Positions 26,595 to 38,452 of a DNA stretch of 59,152 bases are shown piece after piece. Where the stretch lies: positions 2,485,036 to 2,544,187 of the forward strand of contig NC_068995.1 of NCBI RefSeq assembly GCF_001194135.2, in the 5' to 3' direction. The notes under the pieces were generated by a model. The model saw nothing but the letters and a program-made list of their open reading frames with translations. It was not told the DNA's origin and ran no database searches. Each line of letters starts with the position of its first letter. Position 1 is the stretch's first letter. The position numbers and the translations under genes were made by a program. Source of the stretch: Octopus bimaculoides. Lineage: Eukaryota.

Positions 26595-26711
26595 ATGATG
26601 GCGGAGATGTCGGAATGTCATAGAAGCTGGTTGTTGGCGGCTTCCTTAATCCTCAGTATATTACCGGTACTATCTACGTCTACTAGTGACGATAGCGGTG
26701 GAAATGGGTGA
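26595..26711 (+). other. Short ORF or possible first coding exon with a signal-peptide-like N-terminus (unconfirmed)
   Basis: MMAEMSECHRSWLLAASLILSILPVLSTSTSDDSGGNG*. There is an in-frame stop upstream, the second ATG is in ATGATGG context, and a weak donor GG|GTGACA lies at 26708. Confidence 0.2.
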
Positions 26712-27018
26712 CATTGTACGTAGACTCGTGATCGGTAGAAATGGCAGCAAAACCACCTTCAAATCACGTTTTAGTCAACGAGATATTATATATGTGAACA
26801 TACATACATACATACATACATGTGTACATATATGTAGATATATATACATACACACAGACATACACCCACACACATACACATGTATATATATATATGTATG
26901 TATGTATGTGTGTGAGTGTTTGTGTGTACACACACGTTTTTTATGTATATTTATACATATACATACATGTATGTTCATATGTACGTTTTTATGCATATAT
27001 ACATACGTGTATATGTAC

Positions 27019-27060
<42 letters not shown>

Positions 27061-27269
27061 NNNNNNNNNNNNNNNNNNNNNNNNNNNNNNNNNNNNNNNN
27101 NNNNNNNNNNNNNNNNNNNNNNNNNNNNNNNNNNNNNNNNNNNNNNNNNNNNNNNNNNNNNNNNNNNNNNNNNNNNNNNNNNNNNNNNNNNNNNNNNNNN
27201 NNNNNNNNNNNNNNNNNNNNNNNNNNNNNNNNNNNNNNNNNNNNNNNNNNNNNNNNNNNNNNNNNNNNN

Positions 27270-27306
<37 letters not shown>

Positions 27307-27559
27307 TGTTTTTACTCGTAAATGACTGGCACTTGAAATACCAAATTCCATATGAAAATATGTGTGCATGTAATCTTATTTCGCGCGACATTTTAACATC
27401 CCTCGCTTCCAAATATCTTCATTTCCTTTCAAAAATATTAAAACGGATTTGTTTTTCACGTTGGAGACCTACATTGAAGTTAAATAAAGCAATTTGTGAA
27501 ACAAGGGCTTATTACTCGAAATATTTCACTCGCGAAACTGGATGCCCGTACCACCAACA

Positions 27560-27600
<41 letters not shown>

Positions 27601-27659
27601 ACTACCTTTCCACCACCGCTGCTGAAACTCCTACCAGCGCCGATTCCACCATTACATCG

Positions 27660-27728
27660 ACCCCCGAGCTCGACGTAATTTGAACCAAGCATTTTGCCCG
27701 GCGTGCTACCGATTCTGCCAGCTTACCT
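27660..27728 (-). mobile_element. SINE family B head fragment
   Basis: AATTTGAAC..GCATTTTGCCCGGCGTGCTACCGATTCTGCCAGCT; the reverse complement is an A-box-containing head. Confidence 0.65.
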
Positions 27729-27779
27729 AACAACAACAACAACAATAACAATAACAACAACAACAACAACAACAACAAC

Positions 27780-27829
<50 letters not shown>

Positions 27830-28159
27830 GATCTAGTCTATTCAACAACAGTGGAAGCATCGAGGGGAAACTGGGTTTGATCTGAGTAGACATTCCTCAG
27901 CTATTGCCACATTCCATCAAGGAACAGAAGGAAAATGCATAGAACTGGAATAAAAAAAAATAAAGATCTCTATTTTGTAAAATAGAAAAGGAATGATTCC
28001 ACATGAAAAAATATTTTTTAAACTCTTTTTAAAAAATATATAGAAATCTGGGATGGAAAGAAATGCTTAAAGGAAAACATTTCAGTAAAAGCTTACGGGT
28101 TAATACGCTTCGAAAACCGTAAACGCTTCTGACAAGAATTAAATAGCAAAAGATATTTA

Positions 28160-28403
28160 CAGGGATATTAATAATGAAAAGTAAAATGCAAAACGTCGGG
28201 AGCAAATGGAACCGATATGACGTCATGGGCAGAAATGAAAGAGAAAATTAAGCGAGGGTTTCATAGAAAAGACAGACTGAAATTAAATACAAACTCGACG
28301 CTAGAAATAAGATAATAGGTATAAATACACTATCATAGTTATAAACCACAGTTTTAACATAATGAATTGGAAATTAAGTAAATGGAGGAGATTAGACAGA
28401 AAA
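28160..28403 (+). mobile_element. Second, older R4/Dong-like LINE fragment
   Basis: AEMKEKIKRGFHRKDRL../KLDARNKIIGINTLS/VINHSFNIMNWKLSKWRRLDRK is homologous to the 23083-23280 segment. Confidence 0.75.
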
Positions 28404-28462
28404 TAAAATAAACAGCCAACTATAAACAGCGGCCGGGAGCAATCACTGTAAATCTTATCTAG

Positions 28463-28507
<45 letters not shown>

Positions 28508-28636
28508 CAGACGTCGGGGTCAGAGTTTGGTACAAATAGAAAAGTGCTAGAAAATAACAACAGTAAAACAAGAAAATACTTAAAATCAAAGAGAGGCTGA
28601 TAAGTATAAAAGCTTGTCGTAGGCGGGATTGGAACT

Positions 28637-28691
<55 letters not shown>

Positions 28692-28692
<1 letters not shown>

Positions 28693-28850
28693 TCTTTCCT
28701 TATTTTGGCATAAGGCCAGCAATTTTGAGGGGAAGGACAAGTCGATTACACCGGCCCCTGCGTTCACCTGGTACTTATTTTATTGACACCGCAAGGATGA
28801 AAAGCATGCAAAGAACGGGAAGAAATACTGTATAGCATTTTTCCGACTCT
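28692..28850 (-). mobile_element. SINE family B, partial, tail next to (TAA)n
   Basis: TTTTGGCATAAGGCCAGCAATTTTGAGGGGAAGG..AGTCGATTACA..CTGGTACTTATTTTATTGAC..AAGGATGAAA. Confidence 0.8.
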
Positions 28851-30937
28851 GAAATGGTTCTGTTCGCTTGATAATAATGATATATGTAGACAAGGTTATG
28901 CTTATATCTAACCCTTATAATGGCTGATCTATTTTTCCAGCATATTAAGTCTTATTTTAAATATTTCCTTACATCAGATAAATCCTATTGTAATATCTGT
29001 TTGTTTTTTATAAACGGCTGCTTCTTTACAACCTATTTCCTTCATTGAACGATATAGCAACAACAAAAAAACGAAAAAGAAAGAGAGAGAGAGCAAGACA
29101 GACAGAAAGATTGAAGGACAAAGCGAAAATATTTGTTTATGAAGTGTTTTCTTTCAATAAATTCTTGTTTTGTAAATATCAAACTGTGTTATATCCGGCA
29201 GACTTCATTCTTTCTTAACAAGAGTTCATACATTATACATAGCCATTTTGACATTATGTAACCAGAACTGCATCCCTCTCTCCCACAGTCGTTTTCCCTT
29301 ATATTCTCTTTTCTTCTCTCACTCTCTTATCTCTTTTTTCCTCTCTCTCTCTCTCTTTCTCTCAATATTTTTGCAATCATCTTATACTTTTTATAGATCT
29401 TCTTCACATTCTTCATGTTCTCTTTCTTCCTCTTTACTTTCGTTTTCTTATTATTTTCTTCTCTATATATACTCTGCTATTTATTCCACTGATCGCAGAC
29501 AATTTTTTCTATGCTCTTTGACTTAAATATGCCTACATCGGCATAACGAAAAGTGCCAGCATAGCTAGGTACTACCCTAACTTCCATCTCTCTCTGTCCC
29601 CCTCGCTCGCTTTATATATATATATATATATNNNNNNNNNNNNNNNNNNNNNNNNNNNNNNNNNNNNNNNNNNNNNNNNNNNNNNNNNNNNNNNNNNNNN
29701 NNNNNNNNNNNNNNNNNNNNNNNNNNNNNNNNNNNNNNNNNNNNNNNNNNNNNNNNNNNNNNNNNNNNNNNNNNNNNNNNNNNNNNNNNNNNNNNNNNNN
29801 NNNNNNNNNNNNNNNNNNNNNNNNNNNNNNNNNNNNNNNNNNNNNNNNNNNNNNNNNNNNNNNNNNNNNNNNNNNNNNNNNNNNNNNNNNNNNNNNNNNN
29901 NNNNNNNNNNNNNNNNNNNNNNNNNNNNNNNNNNNNNNNNNNNNNNNNNNNNNNNNNNNNNNNNNNNNNNNNNNNNNNNNNNNNNNNNNNNNNNNNNNNN
30001 NNNNNNNNNNNNNNNNNNNNNNNNNNNNNNNNNNNNNNNNNNNNNNNNNNNNNNNNNNNNNNNNNNNNNNNNNNNNNNNNNNNNNNNNNNNNNNNNNNNN
30101 NNNNNNNNNNNNNNNNNNNNNNNNNNNNNNNNNNNNNNNNNNNNNNNNNNNNNNNNNNNNNNNNNNNNNNNNNNNNNNNNNNNNNNNNNNNNNNNNNNNN
30201 NNNNNNNNNNNNNNNNNNNNNNNNNNNNNNNNNNNNNNNNNNNNNNNNNNNNNNNNNNNNNNNNNNNNNNNNNNNNNNNNNNNNNNNNNNNNNNNNNNNN
30301 NNNNNNNNNNNNNNNNNNNNNNNNNNNNNNNNNNNNNNNNNNNNNNNNNNNNNNNNNNNNNNNNNNNNNNNNNNNNNNNNNNNNNNNNNNNNNNNNNNNN
30401 NNNNNNNNNNNNNNNNNNNNNNNNNNNNNNCGTGTTTTAAAATAAACGCTACAATGAAAAACGAAAGTCATGAAACCTAAGTCGTTCAACTTTCTAGTTT
30501 CTTCTGGTTTCTCCAATAAAATATTCTTCCCCGGAGATGAAGAATGGATGAAAAACAGCCACCAACACAATATCTCTCTAATTTCTTCAAATTGTTTCCT
30601 TCCTTTTTTTTCTTATATTCTGTCATCTTGGTTTTCTTTTCTTCTCTCGTTGTTTTCTACTTGTTGTTTCCCTTTACTGTTGTTGTTTAGTTTTGTTTGT
30701 TGCATTGTTTTTTTTATCTTAGTTTTGTTTGTTGCATTGTTTTTTTATCTTTGTTCCTGCTCTACTACTAAAACTGTTACCGATTTTACTACTACTACTA
30801 CTGCTGTTTCTACTACTACTACTACTACTACAACTACTACCACTACTACTATTACTACTACTACTACTACAGCCGCTGTCTTTTACTTGTACGAAATTTT
30901 ACAGTTTTATTAGAAACAAAAATTTGTGTACATGCCT

Positions 30938-30939
<2 letters not shown>

Positions 30940-31010
<71 letters not shown>
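30940..31010. repeat. Long pure (TA)n
   Basis: Read directly. Confidence 0.95.
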
Positions 31011-31016
<6 letters not shown>

Positions 31017-31280
31017 TATATGAAGATATACACAGGTATGTGCGTATACACATTAACATATCTATGAACATATATGTGAATGTCTTTATGTACACATTCA
31101 TATATGTATACATTAACACACATATAAAAACTCGCACACAAACATATATGCATATACATGCATACATACATAAATACACGCAGACATACAAACATACATA
31201 TATACATACATACATACATACACACATACTTGTTTCTGGAATAAGCGAGAGTGCATATATTGGAATCTAGAAGTATGCTT

Positions 31281-31283
<3 letters not shown>

Positions 31284-31349
<66 letters not shown>
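31284..31349. repeat. Pure (TG)n
   Basis: Read directly. Confidence 0.95.
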
Positions 31350-31351
<2 letters not shown>

Positions 31352-32355
31352 AAGTTCATGCTCTCAATGAAGACGATCTGAAGCGAAGAATAGAGTTTTG
31401 TGAATCGATCTTGGCAAGATGTGTAGAAGGTTCACACTCTCCAACAAAGATTGTTTAGAGTGGTGAAGCTGCATTTAAATTAAACGGCTCAAGTAACCCC
31501 AACAACTGCACAAAACTGGGGACCTGAGAATTTACATATGGCGAAGGAACATCTTGTTAATTTATCGGGACTAACATTTATGGTGCGTCTTATCATCAAA
31601 ATAATTAATCGGACCATTCTCTTTTAGTTACGGTATTCTGACTGGGTCCCATTTACTTGTAGTTGCTCCGACAACCTGTTATGCTTACATTCAAGAGGAC
31701 TTTGAGCATGTGGAGTTTTATTTCCAACAAGATGAAGTGACCCCACACCAACTGCATGAGACTTTTGCAAAACAGGCGGAGTGGACGAAAAGCTTCAATG
31801 GAACACACTCTGCGTTCACCGGATCCCACACTGCTACACAATTGTTTTATGGCGATGCTTAAAGATAAAGCATACGATACAAAACTGGCAACAGTCGACG
31901 AACTGAGAGCAGTCATTGAAAGAGAAGGCGCAAAAACGCCAAACGAAATGTTTCTGGATCACTGCTTCACATTATCAGCAGTTCCTGGATCAAAACGGTC
32001 ATCAGTTTAAAAACAGGCGTTCATTAAATAATTAACCCAATCTGCTAATGATTGATTAACATTATTGATTGAAATTGTTTTGAAATAATCATGCATTATC
32101 TTGCAGCTTTGAGATTTTGATTATGTGATTGTTTATTTTCAGAATAACATTGTAGTGAATGTGTGAGAGGTTAGATCAGGTAAGTTTGAATGGAAAACAG
32201 GTAGAGTGTTTGGGCCTGATATCGCTGGTTTAAATGCTTAAGGGCTAAATTCTGTTTGTAGGTTCTATCAAATTTTGAAAATGCACTGTATTTCTATAAG
32301 CACTGACTTTATAATCATTCAATGTGTATAAACAGTTTTGTGGGGACACCCTGTA
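31350..32355 (+). mobile_element. Tc1/mariner-superfamily (DD..D type) transposon relic, catalytic half and right end
   Basis: Frameshifted QVHALNEDDLKRRIEFCE..SGEAAFKLNG..IGPF..FYFQQDEVTPH..SPDPTL..LKDKAYDTKLATVDELRAVI..DQNGHQF. It ends in a TIR-like GGGGACACCCTG followed by TA (32354-32355). Confidence 0.85.
32032..32248. mobile_element. piggyBac-like non-autonomous element nested in the Tc1 relic
   Basis: Begins TTAA-CCC (32032-32038), ends GGG-CTAA (32242-32248), and interrupts the Tc1 3' region. Confidence 0.55.
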
Positions 32356-32433
32356 CATATATATATATATGTGTATTCGTATATATAGAGAGAGAGAGAC
32401 ATACATACATACATACATACATACATACATACA

Positions 32434-32464
<31 letters not shown>

Positions 32465-32499
32465 CAAGGTTTCATTTTCTCACGGTATCAATCAGGCAA

Positions 32500-32756
32500 T
32501 CGGGTGTTATTATACAACACTGGTCACAATGCACTTTCCATCGTTTTAGCTTCCGAATGACGAGCAGGCCAACATTTTCCCCTGATTGGAAGATTAGTCC
32601 GTTCCGGGGTTATAAATTTACACATGAGTGCACTCTAGCAACGTGAAATAAAGTGTTTTGTTCAAGAATACAACGAGCCGCTCGGTCCGGAAATCTAACG
32701 CACCATCTGGCGAGCGTGAGTTCAACACCGTATCCACGACGGAAAGGCGCTTTCAC
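32500..32756 (-). mobile_element. SINE family C variant, decayed
   Basis: GCAACGTGAAATAAAGTGTTTTGTTCAAGAATACAACG..GGCGCTTTCAC matches the C-family head and central region. Confidence 0.6.
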
Positions 32757-32794
32757 ATATATATGTATGTGTGTGTGTGTATAGACGTATGCAA

Positions 32795-32836
<42 letters not shown>

Positions 32837-33154
32837 TCGTGTGTGTGCGCGCATATGCGTACGAAAATACTGAGAGAAACGCACTCAGATATCGACAGTC
32901 AACCACGCATTCTCCCTCTCTCAGTCTCTCTCTCTCCCTCTCTCTCTCTCTCTCTGACCCTCTCTCTCTGATTCTCTCTCTTTCTCTCTCTCCCTCTGAC
33001 ACACAAGCACACATATACACACACTCGTACACATCCATATACATACACGCTGATATACGTACATTGAGACATGCATATCTTAACAGACACATGCACAACC
33101 ACAACACACACACACACACGCACACAAACGCGCGCACACACACGCCCGTACACT

Positions 33155-33200
<46 letters not shown>

Positions 33201-33590
33201 CGCCCGTACACTCACGCACACTCAACGACAGAGAACCACGCAGATAGAATAAGAGACAGAACCTGTTTCGAGTATTCAAGTGTGAATAAGATCGAGACAG
33301 GTATGCGTGTAGGTTGACAAACGGGTAGACGGGTAGACGGGCAGCCAGCGGGGTAGGCTGGTAGAAGCGGGTGGGGCGAGTTAGGTGGAGCTGTAACATT
33401 TGCATGCAAGTTATAATTATGTATATAAATTGGAGTATATAACTGTCAATATACACTCACGCACAGATATTCAGTATTTAGGCCTATGGGTACGAGTATG
33501 TGTGTATATATATATACATACATATATACTCACAAATATGTATGTATACGTGTGTATATATATACATATATACATATATATACATATATA

Positions 33591-33621
<31 letters not shown>

Positions 33622-33781
33622 ATTCATATATATACGTATGTCTATATGTGTGCGTGTATATGTGTGTGTGTATGTACGTGCATAACTATATGTATTGTAC
33701 ATATAAATACGCACAAACACACGCACTTACACACATGCACACACAAAAACACAAACACACACAAACACAAACACACACACA

Positions 33782-33831
<50 letters not shown>

Positions 33832-34451
33832 TTTCTGTGTTCGTGTATTCCGAGCACGGTGGCCAACATACGGAGATGAATGACAGAGAGAAGAAAAAAG
33901 GGAGTGAGAGAGAGTGAGAGAGTAAGAGAGAGAGAGAGAGACAGAGAGAGATAGAGAGAGAGAGAGAGAGTAAGAGAGAGAGGGAGAGAGAGTAAGAGAG
34001 AGAGGGAGAGAGGGTAAGAGAGAGAGAGAGTGAGAGAGAGAATGAGTGAGGGAGTGATATGATGACATGGAACCCCACCCAGTTTGCTGTGAAATATAAT
34101 TAGTATAATATTCAAGGGTGGGGGTCACGCAGACGACATGTATCCTAATGGCTGTCCACCTTGAATAGTAAAGGTCAGGCGTGAAATAGTAGCGTGACGC
34201 TATTTAATTAGATGCTCCGTGACACCAGCTGTTAATACGGGTATGTGAAACGGGTAGGGTCTGACTGTGTGGCGCTGATGGTTGTGGTGATAACGGGGTC
34301 AAAGGTCGAATGTCGAGTATATAATGTTGACAGAAGGTTAAATACTACACAAGGCCTTCACATAGCACCACACTTCATTGCGCATGTCCTACACGCGCCA
34401 TTACATCACTCATTGTAAAAACAAATCGGCGAATTGATTGAATCGTTACAG

Positions 34452-34699
34452 CAGTGGTTCTCCACCGGGGTCCACGTATGACCCTTGAGGTCCACAAAAG
34501 GCTTTGCTGTTAAAATTTAAGCGCTATATATTGATTATATTCCCACAATGCACGAAATATTTTAATTTACTTATACTATTCTCAATAACATTCAATTATA
34601 AAGATACAATGAGATTTTTCTTCTATACAACGAATGGTTGTGGAGGTCCAGTAAAGAAAAACAAAGAGGTCCATAGGTCGAAATGGTTGAGAAACACCG
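34452..34699. mobile_element. hAT-type MITE with 8-bp target-site duplication
   Basis: TIRs CAGTGGTTCTCCACC and GGTTGAGAAACACCG; flanks CGTTACAG (34444-34451) and TGTTACAG (34700-34707) match at 7 of 8 bases. Confidence 0.85.
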
Positions 34700-34719
34700 T
34701 GTTACAGCATCGGATAGAA

Positions 34720-34830
34720 AGCAACGCGGTATTTGTTCCGATTCTCGATTATCTGTGTTCAAATCGCGACAGGGTCAAATTTGTCTCTCATCCTTTCGGG
34801 ATCGATAAAATAAAGTATCAATCCAGGGCA
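34720..34830 (+). mobile_element. SINE family B fragment
   Basis: GTGTTCAAATCGC..CTCATCCTTTCGGGATCGATAAAATAAAGTA. Confidence 0.65.
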
Positions 34831-34853
34831 GCGGATAGATGGGACTATTAAAG

Positions 34854-35095
34854 CAGTCGTTCATGAGACTCTTGGGGGTCCACTTAAGATTTGGTTGTTA
34901 AATTTTATGTACAATAAATTGGTTATAATTCTATAATACACAAAATAGTTTAACAATTTTTTAATCAAATTCCAAACAATATTTAATCCTAAAAGTATAA
35001 TAGGATTTTTAAACATCGAATGTCTAGGAGGGTCCACCCGAGTAATGTTGGAATCAAAGGGGTCATAAGCAAAAAAAATGGTTGGGAGCCATTAG
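34854..35095. mobile_element. Second copy of the same hAT-type MITE
   Basis: GGGGTCCAC..TGTTAAATTTTATG..GGGTCCAC..AAATGGTTGGGAGCCA is colinear with 34452-34699. Confidence 0.75.
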
Positions 35096-35349
35096 CTTGA
35101 AGGGTCGGGAGTGGTTTTCTGATTTCTTTGCGTTCTGACAGCGACGTCTGCGATGATACTAATGTCAAATCTGTATCGACCGAAATCCGTGATCTTTCTC
35201 TTCATTTCAGCATCAATGGTATCGTGAGGAGGAGACTTGCATGCATGGAGAACCGTCAGTCTTTCTCAAAAAAAAGTCTTGATCAAATATGCATGTATAA
35301 GTGTCATGTTTGGTAAATATTGAGTCGTGGAGACAACATATCACTAACT

Positions 35350-35545
35350 TGGTTTCAAATTTTGGCACAAGGCCAGCAATTTCGGGGGAAGAAGTAAGTC
35401 GATAACATCGACCCCAGTGATCAATTGGTACTTATTGTATTGATCCCGAAAGGATGAAAGGTAAAGCAGACCTCAGGAGAATTTTAATTCAGAGCGTAAA
35501 AACGGACGAAATACCGCTAAGTATTTTGTCCGGCATGATAACCAC
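35350..35545 (-). mobile_element. SINE family B, near complete
   Basis: GGTTTCAAATTTTGGCACAAGGCCAGCAATTTC..CATCGACCCCAG..CCCGAAAGGATGAAAGGTAAAG..GGACGAAATACCGCTAAG. Confidence 0.9.
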
Positions 35546-35597
35546 ATAGCCTTACACACATCACTAATTTCACACCCGTTTCACTTCGTAACACATC

Positions 35598-35790
35598 GTC
35601 ACAGTCTTACTGCTTATAAGACTAATATCACCATACCCACAGTCGGTCTAACTTCATTGCTCATCATCATAGTCTTACTGCCTATAAGACTAATATCACC
35701 ATACCCACAGTCGGTCTAACTTCGTTGCTCATCGTCCCAGTCTTATTGTCAATAAGACTAGGGTCACCTTCCCCACAGTCGGTCTAACTC
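35598..35790. repeat. 68-bp tandem repeat, about 2.8 copies, each with the dyad AGTCTTA-N7-TAAGACT
   Basis: AGTCTTA starts at 35603, 35671 and 35739 (period 68). Confidence 0.9.
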
Positions 35791-35944
35791 AACGAGATTA
35801 ATGTTCTTAAAGCATCAAATCTCCAAAAATTTCATCGCCTCTCACATTCTCGACATAATTCAACATAAGACTCCTATTATCATCGTCTAAATCGACCTAA
35901 GACAATCTCTCCGGGCTAACCTTTTCTTCTCGCTAACTCTCTTC

Positions 35945-35969
35945 TGATTGGCTGAACCTTGGCCAATCA
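35945..35969. promoter_or_regulatory. Paired inverted CCAAT boxes (TGATTGGC-N9-GCCAATCA)
   Basis: Read directly; both match the NF-Y-type consensus. Function is unproven. Confidence 0.3.
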
Positions 35970-36931
35970 CGATTTCAAAGAAGAAACATTTATTTTACTA
36001 CATCGGATGCAAACAGTTTCTTCTTTTTTTTCTTTTCTTTTTTAATGGTCGGGTCAAACCGAGATGGTTGTGGCTTTGACCTTCGAAGACTCTCCAAGAC
36101 TGCTGACATTAATGCTGATGGTATTTATCTGCAACAGAAAAAGGATATCGACGACTCCGGAGAAAACATGGCTTCTTTGTGTTGTNNNNNNNNNNNNNNN
36201 NNNNNNNNNNNNNNNNNNNNNNNNNNNNNNNNNNNNNNNNNNNNNNNNNNNNNNNNNNNNNNNNNNNNNNNNNNNNNNNNNNNNNNNNNNNNNNNNNNNN
36301 NNNNNNNNNNNNNNNNNNNNNNNNNNNNNNNNNNNNNNNNNNNNNNNNNNNNNNNNNNNNNNNNNNNNNNNNNNNNNNNNNNNNNNNNNNNNNNNNNNNN
36401 NNNNNNNNNNNNNNNNNNNNNNNNNNNNNNNNNNNNNNNNNNNNNNNNNNNNNNNNNNNNNNNNNNNNNNNNNNNNNNNNNNNNNNNNNNNNNNNNNNNN
36501 NNNNNNNNNNNNNNNNNNNNNNNNNNNNNNNNNNNNNNNNNNNNNNNNNNNNNNNNNNNNNNNNNNNNNNNNNNNNNNNNNNNNNNNNNNNNNNNNNNNN
36601 NNNNNNNNNNNNNNNNNNNNNNNNNNNNNNNNNNNNNNNNNNNNNNNNNNNNNNNNNNNNNNNNNNNNNNNNNNNNNNNNNNNNNNNNNNNNNNNNNNNN
36701 NNNNNNNNNNNNNNNNNNNNNNNNNNNNNNNNNNNNNNNNNNNNNNNNNNNNNNNNNNNNNNNNNNNNNNNNNNNNNNNNNNNNNNNNNNNNNNNNNNNN
36801 NNNNNNNNNNNNNNNNNNNNNNNNNNNNNNNNNNNNNNNNNNNNNNNNNNNNNNNNNNNNNNNNNNNNNNNNNNNNNNNNNNNNNNNNNNNNNNNNNNNN
36901 NNNNNNNNNNNNNNNNNNNNNNNNNNNNNNN

Positions 36932-37001
<70 letters not shown>

Positions 37002-37591
37002 CTACCTATCTATCTAACCCCTCTACTCACCGCCTCATTACCACACATTGTCGTCCTTCGTCATAAAAATGAAAGCCGCATCAATTAGATCTTCATGGAG
37101 TTCAACTTAAGCGTTGACAGAATGACGTGCAGTCGGCCTTTTATCTTTATTTATGTCCATCCTCCATTAGCGACCAATACCCCTGGCATCTGTATCAATG
37201 ACAACCAATGAAATGTTAATGTAAACAACTCCGCTTTATCAACGATCTTATGTAACAAGTTGAAATTCTCAGCTTATTTGCCAATGGAACCTTCGAGGTT
37301 TTCCTGGTTTCTTTTCGTTCTCTTTGTTTCGTTCAGAGTTTATTTAGTACATTCAGTAATCTAGCATTTCCACAGGCCATAGCTGGACCTGTAACCTTTA
37401 TGCTTTCTTCAACAAAAGCATATTCAACCACGCAAACACACATACACACATACGCACATACGCACACGCACACACACACACACACACATACACACACAGT
37501 GTGCACATGCGCACTCGAAAGCGAGCACATACAACTTTATACGTATATACATATATACATACATACTTATATACATACATACATACAGATG

Positions 37592-37622
<31 letters not shown>

Positions 37623-37623
37623 T

Positions 37624-37675
<52 letters not shown>

Positions 37676-38145
37676 TAAATGTCGGGTCACACAGAAAAAA
37701 TGAAAAAATCCTTTTTTTGTTTGTGAGGCGATGATTGTATTATGATAAGGGTTTATACAAAAGCATTGCTTTATTCCTTTATGAAACATTCTCCGCTTGC
37801 TGAAGAACTATGGCGGACATTGTTATCAAGACAAAACAAAATTGTTGAACGACTCAGTTGCACAGAACAATTCCTGCGAAAGTATTTATTCAGATATGAA
37901 ATTTCACGTTTTCTTTTCTAAGATTCTCTCACGGCTCGTAGAAAACTGATTATCGGTCTATAAATACCCCGGAATGCCACGAGTCGGGTGCCACAGATTC
38001 ATATTGTTCTGGGTACGTTTTGTTCTTTTTGCTTCGCACTTTTCAGCTCTTTTTTCCCATATTAATGGCTCTGTAAATATTTCCTTACTGAATAATAACA
38101 GTGACTTAGCAGAAAGTGAAGAGCACCGGACTAGTTCCCTTGCAC

Positions 38146-38210
38146 CAGCGGGCCCCAACCTGTTGTTGCGCCACGGACTGGTTTCAGGCGAGACAATTTT
38201 TCCACGGACC
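38146..38210 (+). mobile_element. hAT/Charlie-like (MER1-like) 5' terminal fragment
   Basis: CAGCGGGCCCCAACC..ACGGACTGGTTTC..AGACAATTTTTCCACGGACC resembles, from memory, hAT-Charlie left ends. Confidence 0.55.
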
Positions 38211-38452
38211 GAGGAATTACGCGCATAACAAGACAATACACTGCATAACATATAATATAATTCTTATATACTTATGTATATATTTGTATACACACACACA
38301 CACATATATATACTAAATACGACTAGGGTGTTAGAACACCTACATTACTAGAAATAAGAGCTAAAAAGTCCTAATGTTGTAGTTTAAGCACATAATTGTA
38401 TATATATATATGTACTGGCAGGGACTGTAACTGGCCGAAAACACCGGTGGAG

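Noticed and set aside
35598-35790. CRISPR-like array (palindromic repeat)
   Set aside because: The sequences between dyads are copies of each other, not unique spacers; there are no cas genes and the context is eukaryotic.
37337-37440. Strong pyrimidine tract and AG followed by [23 protein letters not shown]
   Set aside because: No good donor; the frame runs into a microsatellite and the peptide is unrecognised.
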